Source of the DNA: the human T2T-CHM13v2.0 reference genome, Homo sapiens
Assembly: GCF_009914755.1 (NCBI RefSeq)
Contig: NC_060929.1
Length of the DNA stretch: 64,000 nt
Reading direction: 5' to 3' (one strand)
Shown here one piece after another: positions 11,970 to 24,049 of this stretch. Numbering within the stretch: the stretch's first letter is position 1; every line of letters starts with the position of its first letter. Under the pieces are notes generated by a model. That model saw only the letters and a list, made by a program, of their open reading frames with translations. It ran no database searches and was not told the DNA's origin. The position numbers were made by a program, and so were the translations under genes.

Positions 11970-12085
11970 AAAAAAAAACTCCACTGCAAACTGATCTTAC
12001 TTTCTGGGTTTGGGGAATGCTCTGAGGTCAGACTAGCTCACACCTTGGATGTGATAAGGATTCCTTGGAAGGACTCTGGATAGAC

Positions 12086-12300
12086 CAGTGCTACCTTAAG
12101 TGTGGTCTGTGAACTAGTTTGCAGTGCCCTTAAGACAGAAACTGAGAGTAAGCATCTATATAAACTTATGGTAAGTTAACATTGTCACAGTGTTTTTATT
12201 GTATTTTACAAAACTATCAGTCTGCAACAGATTAGAAATTTAAAAACAAATAAACAGAAAAACTGAGTTCTTCACTATGGATAGTTTGGGAAGCATTGGG
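12086..12300. mobile_element. hAT-Charlie-type MITE remnant
   Basis: CAGTGCTACCTTAAGTGTGGTC ... ATAGTTTGGGAAGCATTG, imperfect terminal inverted repeats. Confidence 0.5.
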
Positions 12301-12464
12301 ATAGACAAGTCTAAGAATGCATTCACTGCCAATATCTTCCATTAGTTCCCCTAACTTTTGTGAATCTGTATTTCATAGTTAGTCATGCTCATCAAAAAGA
12401 GAAGCTCTATAAGAGCCAGATTTAGCCAATTCAGGATAATTCGAAGAATAAAAAATATTAGAGT

Positions 12465-12720
12465 GTACACCGGTCAAACAGTAATGCAGGTGTTCTAAGG
12501 CAAGCTCAGGGAGGACAGAAACCTCGCATGGGGCATTAGGGAAAAAGTTCACTTGATCTTGATTTTCAGTATGAATACAGACCTTGAAAGCAGGGCCTCA
12601 TGATCCTTCTGACCTTTTGGGTTTCAAGCAGATGTCAGAAAAGTGACTACAGGAATAGCTGGCATGTGGTGGCCAAGCATTCATAGCAACATCACTTTGT
12701 GAAAAAATGAAATTAAAAAA
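12465..12720 (+). pseudogene. 28S (LSU) rRNA retro-fragment with A-rich tail
   Basis: GTACACCGGTCAAACAGTAATGCAGGTGTTCTAAGGCAAGCTCAGGGAGGACAGAAACCTC...CTTGATCTTGATTTTCAGTATGAATACAGAC...GATCCTTCTGACCTTTTGGGTTT...GGCCAAGCATTCATAGCAACATCACTTTGTGA matches recalled human 28S with CpG decay. Confidence 0.95.
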
Positions 12721-12834
12721 ATATTGATAGGGAAAAACGAGCCCCCCCGTGTCTTTCACAAATGTAATTATCCAAGGCTGCTCTGCCTCCTGATGTAAGG
12801 TCATGTAGTAATGCTCACAATCATTAATGGTCAT

Positions 12835-13380
12835 GAAGCTCCACTATGCGTCAAGCCATTGAAGTCATTCATGTGCATTATTTAATTCTTAGAATTCTTT
12901 TGAGTAGGTATTATTGCAATATTCATTTTAAGAATAGGAAATTCGGACTAGTTAGTTTAATTAAATTGCACAAGATCACTCAGTGAGCAACTAGTGACAT
13001 CCAGATTGGAGATTTAATCCCACATCTACAACAAGAGTCTAGTTTTGGTTCTTAACCCTAAACCTATACGTTCCTCTCCCATCCACGTCTTATTTTTTCA
13101 TCTATATAACTGGCTTTTGTCATTCCAAAGAAACACCAAGGCAACTGCAGCATAAAATAACAGAAGCAACATTGAACTTGGAGTTAGCATAACTGGGTGC
13201 CAGACCCAGATTTGTTACTAAATAACTGTATGATCTTAAAGAGATAGAACCCAAATTTTCTCACCTTAAAGATAGTGATAACTATGCTGGTACCATTTAT
13301 CTATTTCACAGAGTTCTTGAGAGGTTGAAGTGAGGTAGCAACTGTGAAAATTCTTTGGAAACTGTAAAGAGCTATTGACT
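12835..13380. mobile_element. Two MIR fragments in opposite orientation
   Basis: MIR core-like blocks (ATTTTAAGAATAGGAAATT...AAATTGCACAAGATCAC; CTGTATGATCTTAAA...TTTCTCACCTTAAAGATAG). Confidence 0.55.
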
Positions 13381-13930
13381 CAAAGATGTTACCAATTGTT
13401 ATCTTGGAAAACTGAGAAGAGTATGTTCATCTCAGAAGAGATTCAAAATTATTAGATTCTTACAGCATTTTTGTGAAATAGACAGTAATCATGGCTAAGT
13501 AAACAATTCCAGACAAGTATCTTTATAAGCCCAGAATTACACAATGATACTTTTACAGCCATAGAAGATATATTCCATGCCCTGAAAGAGTTTATCGCTC
13601 TACTCAAGCAACACTACTTACGCACAGTAAAAATGTAGAAAGCAATACAAGATTGTGGAAATAACCAAGAACTGATGACATGGTACAGACTCAGAGGAGA
13701 AAAAATATAACTGAAAGGTGGAATGATTAGGAAAGGCTTGATGAAAAAGGTAATCCTTGAGCATGAACTAGAAGAGAACTTAGAAATCAGCTCCCACCTT
13801 CTGCACGTGGGAAATGGAAGCTCAGATAATAGGAAGTGATGTGCCCAAGGCCCCACTGCACTGTAGTGGAAAAGGCAGGATCATCTGATAACAGGGCTTC
13901 ATTCTCATCACTTCTGGAGTTCTATTTTCT

Positions 13931-14198
<268 letters not shown>

Positions 14199-14590
14199 CG
14201 TAGTTCTATTTTTCAAAGAAGCTAGGTTTAACCGAAGCAATGAGATCTCAATGTGGAGATTTTTAGACAGGTTCTCCCGTGACAGAAGCCAGCCTGGCCT
14301 AAAGAGTTGAAATAGGGGGTTAATAAGAATAAGAATGCAAACTTCCAATGCTCTATGTGCTGAAACACTGTCTTTCAGACAAATTGTGTCCCATGGGAGT
14401 CTGTGGAAGCACACAGTGTCTCCAAGGGCTCCTGACAAAACATGGCCGTGTACACTTCACAGCTACTCCAAATAGAGTGTCCGCCCTCGCCCACCCATGT
14501 CCAATGTCCAAATAGCAACTTACTGCAAAAACAAGCTTTCAGGGCAATTTGCTGAACTCTCTAAATCTGAACATGAGGTCACAACTGCAA

Positions 14591-14629
14591 ATAACAACAA
14601 CAACAACAACAACGACAACAAACAACAAC
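14591..14629. repeat. (CAA)n microsatellite
   Basis: ACAACAACAACAACAACAACGACAACAAACAACAAC. Confidence 0.9.
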
Positions 14630-16124
14630 CACTGTAACTGGAAAAGTATGGTCAAAACAAGGGCAGAGAGGAGACAAACATTCCTAATATTTGTACCACC
14701 ACAGATCTGGATGGTGTTTCTTGAGGTGAAGTTGAGGCTACTTCAAGGCAGTCCTGAGAGAATGCAGTGGCGGAAATGGGAACTGCTTTGAGCAGCAAGG
14801 CATCACCTCTAGTTCAAAGCTTGCTTTCCCATGTTTAAGCAATTTAAAAATGGAGAAATAAATAGTTGCAGGATACCCTCCAGGCCAGACTGAATCCTTG
14901 CCCATGGAACACCCTTATTTCTCCATCCAGGCCCTTGGCAGGCAAGAGAGAGTCCTGAGAGAATGTACTCACCTCTCCAGGGTGTCCGGCCAAATGGACA
15001 AAAGATTATTGACATGTCAGAACCCTCTTTTGTTGGGCCTTTACTGGGTCAGGAGTCCACCATTTGTAAGATGTTCCCCCTAGATACAGCCCAAAATGAC
15101 TGCCATGCTGTGACCCTGTTCTTCCTAAAGCAAGATATTGGCAGATCCAAACATGTCACGGTAGAAAGAAATAAAAGAATGCAACCATTTTTCCAGGGCT
15201 TCTGGCTGCTGCAGGAAGTCTGTGCCGAGTGATGATTGGAGGTTTCTATTCATTCTTTCACTTCTCAATGAAAATGCAGAGCAATTCAAGATGTGGATAC
15301 ACTTTCTTTTTTACTAAACACCTTACTGGCTTGGTACCTCAGCTCTGTAAGGTTGAGAGCCTTATCAACCAAGTTCAGAGGGTTTGAGGTATGCCATTCC
15401 CTTCATCAGTTTCATTTTTGCACAGTGAAAAGTCAAGCATCCCACTTTGCCTGCCCTTCTCAAGCTACTACCTTGGATCTGGGACTTACTATTGATCATG
15501 GTCCTAGATTGATTAGGTCAAGGAAGCTAGTTACATAAATTTTTTCCTGTTGTTGTCTCCAATAAATTGCTAGTAGCTTCCTTGAACACATTCTGAAATA
15601 TCCAGTTTCAACAGGAAAGAATTCTGTGACGGCCCGGTGATGCCTTCCACAGGCTTGGTGTAGGGTACAGGAATAAATGTATGCCTGGTATACATCCTCC
15701 ATCCCATGCTGTTGACCTTCCCTTGTCTTTTATGCATGGTCTCAGAGCTAAGTTACTAAAATAACAAGCTTTCAAAAACCACTGCTTTCAGCACAATAGA
15801 AGTATCATATATAGGTCTAAGCATGAGTACTGTATGACTGTATCCATATTCACTATCTACTAATAAATATTTGTAGGAGAGAGAGAGAGAGAATGCATAC
15901 AGATCACACGTAGGTCAACAGTCTCAAAGATTAGAATAGTACTCTGGTCTTGTATAAAGGCTTTTTTTGGTGAGCCCTTGATATTTCTGTCCACTTACTG
16001 GATCTGGTCTCTCCTTTCCCAGATCCTTTTCTCCCTGACTGACTATGGATGGTATTAATAGAGGTGATATTACTGGATTTCATTTCCTTGCATATTCTTG
16101 TAAACTTCTCATTTCCCACTTTAT

Positions 16125-16520
16125 TGATTAGGATGTGTTTGACTCCAAATAACAGAAAATTTTGTTTTAAACAATAAGGACTTTATCATCTCATAAATTT
16201 TAATTAATATTAATAAGTCTGGAGTTAGAACAGCTCTAGGATTGATTAGCCTAGTGGCCCATCAGCATCATTAAGGATGCAGACTCTTTTCATTTTATTA
16301 AGGATACCTTTCCCAGGGCCGCCCAGCATTCTTTTGTGTCTCATTGGCTGGAGGGCATCACCTCTCTTCACCTAAGCCAATCAATGGCAAAGGGATTGGG
16401 ACCATGATTGACTTGGACTTGGCTTAGGTTCTGAGTCATTGTAGGGTGCAGATAGCTTCCCCACAAAAGAAAATCGGGGCTCTGCTAGCAGGGGAAATGG
16501 GAAATGGTTGTTGCGTAGGT
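16125..16520 (-). mobile_element. Old MLT1 (J/K/L-type) MaLR LTR
   Basis: TTAGGATGTGTTTGACTCCAAATAACAGAAAA ... TCTCATTGGCTGGAG...AGCCAATCAATGGCAAAGGG motifs. Confidence 0.65.
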
Positions 16521-18855
16521 GATGCCCCCCAATAACAGAAGCATTTATTGCCACAGAGGATCGACATTGGAAAAGAAAAACTGCTCATATCTTTTGGTTT
16601 TGAAATTTTAAAAGCCTAGGCTGGGCATATACAAAATAGTTAGAAGTCTATGAAATGAATAAGAGCAAAGTTTTCCCTACACCTGGAGACTAGTAAAGAT
16701 TATCTGAATGACATGAAGATGAGAATGATAAAGGGAAGCTGGGGAGCTTAGGTATGAGTGGTCTCCAAGGCTCCCCATATTGTCTCTGTTTCCTCCCCCA
16801 CTCCTACCTCAGCCCAGGCAGAACCTCAGCAGACAGGGCTACTAGACACAGAGAGGATGGGGGGATTCAGAAATATGGAAGCAGAGATTCCCACAGTCCC
16901 CACTGATGCTGAAGGAGTACAGTGTCCCATTCCCCATACCAACAAGCACCCCAAAACCACAGCAACATGATCCAGTGAGTCAGTAGCCCTGAAGAGGCTT
17001 TGTGGTAGGAACAAGGTGGAACTCAAGATCAGAAGGTTCAAAATCTCAGCAGTGGCTAAATGATGATGATACCTCCACAATGCCTATGAGTGCCCCAATG
17101 CTCTATAAAAACCTCCCTCCAGATATTGTATGTAGGCTTATGTCTGCAGAATGAACAGGAGAGGAGTGGGCCAGGGGAAGAGCACTGGTGGAGGAAGTGG
17201 CGTATTGGAAGATCTAGAGAGTGAGGGAGAGTCTGGCATTTTTTAAGACATGGAGAAGTATAGGTGCCAGGCTAAGTATGAGTTTGAGGAGAAGGGCAGG
17301 TGAAGGTCAAAGCACTTAGGGTAGCACATGGCACACAGCATGCAATGCCAGCTGTTGGTATTATTGTTTTTATTATTAATCCTAAGGACAATTGGAAGTC
17401 ACTGAGGGAATAAATCAGGGGAGCAATTGATGAGATTTCCATTTAGGATATTTAAAAAGGCACTTCTTAAGGATGGTAGCTTGGTGATTTACTGAGATAT
17501 GGAGAGGCAGAGAAACCAATTGTTTCCCTGTACTCTAAGAATATTCTAGGTGGGTCTGGAAGGGAAGTAGACTTCCCTTTTCTGTAGGCACTAATATTCT
17601 AAGTCCAGAGAGCCTAATACGTATCCTGACACTTTTTCTTTTTTAATTTTAAGGATAGCTCTTGATCTAGAGAATGTCTACTTGATCCTCCTTATTGAGG
17701 GAAGAAATCCACAAGCAGTTTCCCCTATGAATCTGCGGAAGGGAGGACTTGGGCCAACTTACAAATAAGTGAACTTATTGTCCACTTGTTACAGTTTTGA
17801 AACGTGGCCATGGGTTATCTATTATTCACTGAGGGTGTATTCCAAGAGGTTTAACAGCCCCTGTTTCCTGACAGAGGTCAGGCCTGTAGCCCCGATCAGA
17901 TATCACTAAATAGTCTCCAGAGGCCTAGAAGACAATAATACCCAAGACTGTGCCCCTCCAGCCTGTGGCATGTTGCCCTCTGAGCTGCTTTCCGTATCAC
18001 AGACAATGGATTTAAAACCCCATGACTTCTCATATCATGGCAGGCAGGTGTGGTAAGTCAGAAAGGACCATCCTCTCAGTAGGCAGGTGTATAATTCCTG
18101 CACAGGGAATTTCATCTTGTGGAAGAGGAGGAACTCTATAGACTTCTCCAGGTGTGTCTGTCTGGAAGACATAAAAACAGGGCACATATTGAGAAAAATA
18201 TTTTATGAAGAAAAGTGGAAAAAGCTTAAAGGTGAAAGGAGAATAAGAAAAAACATGGTGGGTTTCTATTCTAAAGGAATAAAGACAAATTCCCTTGAAT
18301 AAAATCAAGGTGACAAAGTAAAGGGTCATGCAGACCAACCCAAATGTTTCTTTGAGATATGTGACATTCGAGTCCCCAGATAAACAATGAAGTGAAAAAA
18401 GAAGGAAAGTCAGGAAGAGATGGCAGTCTCTGACAAAGTACTCCACCTGAGACCTGCTTTAGATGGTGTTCATTTTCTTTAGGGTGGCTACATTCCTTTA
18501 GGACAGAAAACCAGGGGCAGACATCCCATCTCGCCAGCCATATCTTTTTCAGGGTGCCCTTACTGTTTCTGATGACCAGTGACCTTTTTAGCACTTACCT
18601 GTATTGACAAGAACCTTCATGGAACTCCCTGGGAAGTCCCTGTCCAGGAGCAGCTGTGGCCAGACTAGTCTTTGATGAATTTCTCGGACAGACCGTAGAG
18701 ATTTATAAAACCCCTGGGAGAATGACCAGACCTCAGGGCAAGATGACATCAGTGCTAATCTTGAGGAGAGTGAGCCCATTCCTGGACTTTTCTCAGATGG
18801 TTGAATCTGCCATGTTCCAGTGAAGGGGGGCAAAGGCATTGTCTTCATGAGTCCT

Positions 18856-19346
18856 AGTGAAGATACATTTTACATGTCAATTTGGCTGGGCTACAGTGTC
18901 CAGATATTTGGTCAAACACTATTCAAGATGTTTCTGTGAAGGTGTTTTATTGCTTTTTTGATAAGATTAATATTTAAATCAGTGGATTTTGAGTAAAATA
19001 GCTCTTCCATAAAGTGCGTTGGCCTCACCCAATCATTTGAAGGCCAGAAAGAACAAAGACTGACCTCCCCTGAGCAAGAGGGAATTCTATCAGTGGACTG
19101 CCTTTGAATTCAAGCTGCAACTCTTCCCTGAGTCTCCAGCCTGCTGGCCTATTCTATCAGATGTTGGACTCACCAAGCCTCCACAATCATGTAAGATAAT
19201 TTCTTAAATTATGTCTCTCTCTCTCTCTCTATCTCCATCTCCATCTCCATCTCCATCTCCATCTCCATCTCTATCTCTATCTATATCTCTATCTCTATGT
19301 CTTTATCTATCTCCTGTTGGTTCTGTTTCTCTGGAGAATCAGTACA
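18856..19346 (+). mobile_element. MLT2 (ERVL) solo LTR with internal CT/CATCTC microsatellite
   Basis: TGTCAATTTGGCTGGGCTACAGTGTCCAGATATTTGGTCAAACACTATT ... TTGGTTCTGTTTCTCTGGAGAA; imperfect TSD GTCCT/GCCCT. Confidence 0.88.
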
Positions 19347-21514
19347 GCCCTGATAACAGAGTCAATGTGTAAATTGTGTGGTTTGGGTCAGTGGTTAAGG
19401 ACATGGGTTTTAGAGCCAGATCCATCATTTACTATCTACATGATCCTGAACAATTGAACTTCTCTAAGTCTTAGTATCCTGTTTTGTAAAAAGAGAGAAG
19501 ACAATAGAATCTACCTGTGTTTACTAGGAATATCTTTGCTGCAAATAATAAAACACAACTCAAAAAGGCAAAAGCCAGTGCTGCTGAAACTTTGATGGAT
19601 GGTAGGACCTAGGTCTTAAGTGGAGAAGCAGAAAGGTGGAAAGTGACCTTTTTTTGGGGTCTATATACCTGAAAAATGTAGTTACACTTGCTTCAGGCAC
19701 AGTGGGATGAAGTGTTTAAATAAGCATTTTCAGGAATTTGTCTCTCGATTTTCAGGCTCTGGCTTCGTCTTCCTTGGCTTCTTAGACTTCCAAAAGCTCT
19801 AGAATCATACTTATCAGTTTGAAAAGTACAGAGAAGATAGAACATCTTTCCCAGTAGTTCCAGAAAAAGTCCTTTCATTGTTTTGGCTTTGTTTGCTCTG
19901 GTTTGGGTGGTGGTTCACTCTTGAATCAATCACAGGGCTCAGGTGAATGCAATACTTTCCTGCACCTGAAGCCAAACATGTGTGATTTTGGGCTCCAAAC
20001 TCTCCAAATCCAAGGTGCCTTGAGGCATTTAGCCATTGCTGGCCGACATAAGCCAGGCTTTGGTAAAAACAAATTGGACCTTTGAAGTTTTGGATTTAGT
20101 CTTTGCACTGAGGTATTTTGCTTATTAAGTAGTTCCCATTAATGAAGTTTTTCCTGGGAGGTCTCTAGAACTATCTGTTTTTTTTCCTAATTGAAAGTTT
20201 TAATTAAGTTTAAATTAGACAACATGACTATAAAATGGGAGAAATAAAATAGGACAAATAAAAGCAAACCTACAGAGGAAATTAAACTGGTAAATGCATA
20301 TGGGGCAGGATCATGTGGGTGAGCTGGGATTAAATGGCTCATCTTTGAGAGGGACCTTGGCTCCTTGCTGTAAGTAAATGACCTTCTCCAATGCACTAAA
20401 TGATATCCTAATGGCCTAAAAGGCTTAATGCACCTCCCCAATTTATTCCTCACTGATCAGTGGGTCCACTGAGTATAATGCACTTCCCTGTATACCCAAA
20501 GTAAATGACTAGAAGATGAGAATGTAGAAAGAGTTATTAAACTTTAAACCAACATAAAGATTTATGTCATGAACTTTTCCTTTTTCACAATGTGTTTTCT
20601 GACAGACTTGATTTTAAAGACTATGAAACACTCTCAGCTTATTGTTCAAAGGCCTTTCCAGAAATATAAATTACTGGATAATGATCTAAGTTACTCAAGC
20701 ATGTTGGAAAAATCTTTGCTCAGATACAATTTCAGGAGTTTTTTAACTACGGGAAGCTCATTATTGGTAACAATGGTTAGATTTTTGTGATTATTTTTTA
20801 TTATGACCTGTAGCACCACACATCAGTCACTGTGAGTCACAATGAATAGGAAAAGCAAACATGTTCATGATAGTCAGGCAAGTCTATTTGTCTTCTGGAC
20901 TTTTGGAGAACAGTTCCTGGGTGCTAAGTCAACCATGTTGAGTGCTGATTCAAAGAGGATGGCTGGTCCACTTGGCAAGACCACTTTTATCCTCTTTTTT
21001 GCCAGTCACCAAGAAGAGTATTTGAAAGTCACTGGCAGCATTTATTTCTCTTGATGGATTCATTCAACTTTGGCAAGAGAAAATGTTTCTGTGTTGCCTG
21101 TGGTTGTAGTGCAAAACTCAGAGGGTATGCAAACAATTCAAAAATGGCTTATTGGAAGTCCTTATTGGATTGGTTTTAGATATTAAGATGAAGGTAAGAA
21201 TTTTTATTTACTCTTGGAGTTCAGAGAAATGGGTGGAAAATTTAATTATTCTACTGTAATTATTTATGAAATGAATACTTATTGAGTACCTGTTATGTGA
21301 TGGGCATTGTGCTTGCTAGGTGCAGAAAATACTGTGGTAGGATAAAGTTTGACATAATATCCTCCCTCATGGAGCTTCCTATTTAGAGGGAGAGTCATAT
21401 TTAAAAATATACAAGTAAATCTATAATTTCTAATTGTGATAAGTGCTGCACATCAAATGAATAGGGTACTGGGGAGAAGATAATAGAAACCTAATTTTGA
21501 TGAGGAGGTCAGAA

Positions 21515-21516
<2 letters not shown>

Positions 21517-21588
<72 letters not shown>
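21517..21588. repeat. Compound (CA)n(TA)n microsatellite
   Basis: Long perfect CA run followed directly by a TA run. Confidence 0.97.
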
Positions 21589-22062
21589 GGGGCAAGAAGA
21601 AATGTGTTGTGTCCTGAAGGAACTTTAAATATTCCCTCTTGAAGTCCATGTTTAAGTGAACAAAGGCCTAAAGCAATCAGGGTACTTTAGGCATAGAATT
21701 AACATTTTATGAATTGTATGAACATTTGGAATTGTTATTTAATAATCATGGAAATTACTAAAATGGATTAGGAAGGTCAAGTATGTTTTTAAAATTGAAT
21801 ACTTCCGCTTCCTTAAAAAAAACCCAAAACAATCAAGAATAAAACTTGTTTTTCTGCATCTATTCTTATTAAATATAATTTAATATCTTTTATCTGAGAA
21901 TAACATTTAATTTTGTATATTTAGGAAGAACTCGATCTGAATTAATATTGACTCAATAGCTTGTACCTTTCTACACCTTACTGTTTATGCTCTATCAGCC
22001 TGTCATTTATTCTGCTTATCACCATCACCATGCCATTTATTTCACCAAAATTTATTGAGCAC

Positions 22063-22473
22063 TGGATTAGTCAGCTTGAGCTGCCATAATAAAATGCCAT
22101 AGACTGGATGACTTAACCAGCAGAAATGTATTTTCTCATATTGTGGAAGCTAGAAGTCTAAGATCAAGGTGCCATCAGCGTTGGTTTTTGATGAGACCTC
22201 TCTTCCTGGTGTGTAGGTGGCTGCCCCCTTTTGCTGTGTCCTTATGTGGCCTCTTCTATATGCGTGACTGAGAGAGAGGAAGCTCTGGTATCTCTTTCTC
22301 TTCTTATGAGGACATCAGTCTATTGGTAATTCCATAGGGCCCCTAATTGGCCCCACTCTTATGACTTCATTTAACTTCAATTATCTCCTTAAAGTCCTAT
22401 CTCCAAATACAGTCACATTAAGGGTTAGGGTTTCTATGTATGGGTTTTGGAGAGACATGATTCAGCCCATAAC
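22063..22473 (-). mobile_element. MLT1A/B-type LTR inserted in an L2 remnant
   Basis: TGGATTAGTCAGCTTGAGCTGCCATAATAAAATGCCATAGACTGG...ATTCAGCCCATAACA; TSD-like AGCAC/AACAC. Confidence 0.85.
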
Positions 22474-23360
22474 AAACACCAGCTATAGTGCGAACTCTAT
22501 GCTAGGCACTAATATACAGTGGTGAACAAGTTAGTTACTATTCCCCTCCCCCACCCATAGAGTGCTGTCTAGCTGGATGGGTTCACAGTAAACAAATAAT
22601 TGTGTGTTTGTGTGTGTGTGTGTATATATATTTATATATAATTATATATATATATATGTAACTATTGTCCTAGTGAACACATATCTTGGGGAAAAACCTG
22701 ATTCTGTGCAAAGCCCAAGGATAGCACTTGTCTAGAAGCTTTGGAGTTAATGTCAAGGTTAGCAAGAGTAATGCTATGAATAAGTTCTTAATTCAAAGTT
22801 TTGGAGAAGATCATATGTAGTAGACAAAGCAAAATAATGAGCTGCAAAAATGAAAATACAGGTTTTTTTTAAAAAAGAATAATGCTGTGTTTCTATCTCA
22901 CATTTAGAATTACTTCATCCACTATAAAAATTCATGAGTGAAGGAGTTGCTTTTAGAACAGTTGTTATGACCAAAAGAACAGATGTTACAGCTCTATCTC
23001 CTTAATTATTTCAACCCAATCATTCAATTACCAAAATCCAGCCTTTGCTATCAGAGACAATATGAAAGGAAGGGATGAGCAATTGCCAAGGAATGTTAGG
23101 CTGTTAGACAATCTGGGTATCTCTGCTTCCGAAAACATCTTCAAACTGCCAGTCTTCTCCACATACCAGAAGCAGAGTTTTGTTTGTTTTTCTTCATGTT
23201 TTGGTCAACTACCTTCCCTGACACTTCTTTTTGTGTACTTTGACTAAATTTACGGTGAGAAACTGGACTTTGGCTTTGTGCATAATCCCAAGCTGTACCA
23301 GGCTCACAAAATTCATGCATGTCATTTACCTTGTCTTGCCATATCACAGCTCAGAGGTTG

Positions 23361-23426
23361 TGAGCCGTGATACAGAAGCATTGATGGGACAGCTGAGCCG
23401 TGACACAGAAGCACCGATGGGACAGC
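23361..23426. repeat. 33-bp tandem duplication (2 copies)
   Basis: TGAGCCGTGATACAGAAGCATTGATGGGACAGC followed by TGAGCCGTGACACAGAAGCACCGATGGGACAGC. Confidence 0.95.
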
Positions 23427-24049
23427 TTTGTTATGCTCAGAGGTCCCATGGAAAATATCATAGCTGCAGTTCCTCCAAATCTGGGAACAGTTTGGTTAGT
23501 ACAGTACAACGCACTGATGCAAATATCCACATGGGCTGTTGATCAAAATAGCAAAGACTGAGGTCTCTCAATTCTCATTTTGCCCTCTCTTTTACAACCA
23601 TTACAGATTCAATCTCAAACTGTACGTAAAAAGAAAAAACTAAGGAAGAGGCCCCTTAAGAATGTTCTCAACTGAAACCAAATAACAAAAGAACTAGGAG
23701 AGATAGAGCTGGGGAGGAAAATAAGGAGAAACCCTGCAGAAATGGTTAAAAAATTTTTTTCTGTGTTGTGATCTCCTGGCTCTTTAGGGCTCAATCTCTG
23801 TATGCGATCAAATATCCCATCTATATCCTGTTTCCTTATCATTTCACTCTCTCTTCCTAACTCTCCTGACATCTATAGACATTCTGATTTATTTTTTATG
23901 GCACAAATTTCCAAGTCTTAAAAACACTGAATAGTTAATTTTATCATAGATGATTTAAAATAGACAAGAATAGAGGCTATCACAACATGCCAAATATCGA
24001 GCTTTATGAGATCTTAATATCATGCCAAATCTGCATCAGATCTATTTAT

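Noticed and set aside
15325-15440. Possible tRNA-like or ancient SINE head (GGCTTGGTACCTCAGCT...GGGTTTGAG)
   Set aside because: The A and B boxes are too degenerate and I could not build a cloverleaf. It needs a Dfam or tRNAscan search.
18030-18848. Cluster of overlapping 70-140 aa ORFs in non-repeat DNA
   Set aside because: No recognisable protein similarity or consistent exon structure; many start at non-ATG codons.
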